IMG/VR virus record: IMGVR_UViG_3300032770_000019
Location: 1-64,000 of that record
DNA from: a virus
Length of the DNA stretch: 64,000 nt
Direction: 5' to 3' (one strand)
Made by a program: the position numbers and the translations under genes. The notes under the pieces were generated by a model. It searched no databases, was not told where the DNA came from, and was given only the letters and a program-made list of their open reading frames with translations. This document shows, piece after piece, positions 63,944 to 64,000 of this stretch (position 1 is its first letter; each line of letters opens with the position of its first letter).

Positions 63944-64000
63944 TTTACCTCCCTTGCTAGTTCAGAAGCGTACCGGACTGGGCACCGGCAAAGCTACCGC

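Noticed and set aside
1-64000. tRNA genes, integrase, major capsid protein and prohead protease
   Set aside because: No cloverleaf or T-arm consensus and no recombinase motifs noticed by eye; capsid and protease are probably just outside the window. tRNAscan-SE and the full contig would settle this.

Overview
The window holds most of a tailed (siphovirus-like) phage genome that probably infects a filamentous actinomycete. The host inference rests on DUF397, an Rpf-like enzyme, DUF1906 and housekeeping-type TTGACA-N17/18-TAnnnT promoters. It appears circularly permuted: packaging and head genes run leftward from about 9.9 kb (TerS, TerL, portal, MuF), and head-tail, tail and lysis genes run leftward from 64 kb to 48.5 kb. 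The major capsid and prohead protease genes are not seen and probably lie just outside the window. The + strand (10-48.5 kb) carries early and replication genes: SNF2 helicase, Cas4-like and DEDD nucleases, MazG, prim-pol plus D5 helicase with a likely origin, RecD-like helicase, ParB-like, Sak4/SSB, resolvases and a UDG-PolA fusion. It also carries a 7-deazaguanine cluster (queD, queE, folE, TGT-like, GAT-queC). Highlights: (1) a cassette of putative head-packaged effectors sharing a 66-aa module fused to different enzymes (kinase, HExxH peptidase, ParB-like) with a shared possible protease-cleavage motif; (2) a family of related intergenic structured RNA elements; (3) an atypical deazaguanine pathway with a Cys-to-Ser GATase; (4) secreted Rpf-LysM and NlpC/P60 enzymes plus a 4x-motif DUF397, which may act on host dormancy or development. 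All family calls come from motif recognition by eye; no database searches or folding programs were run.
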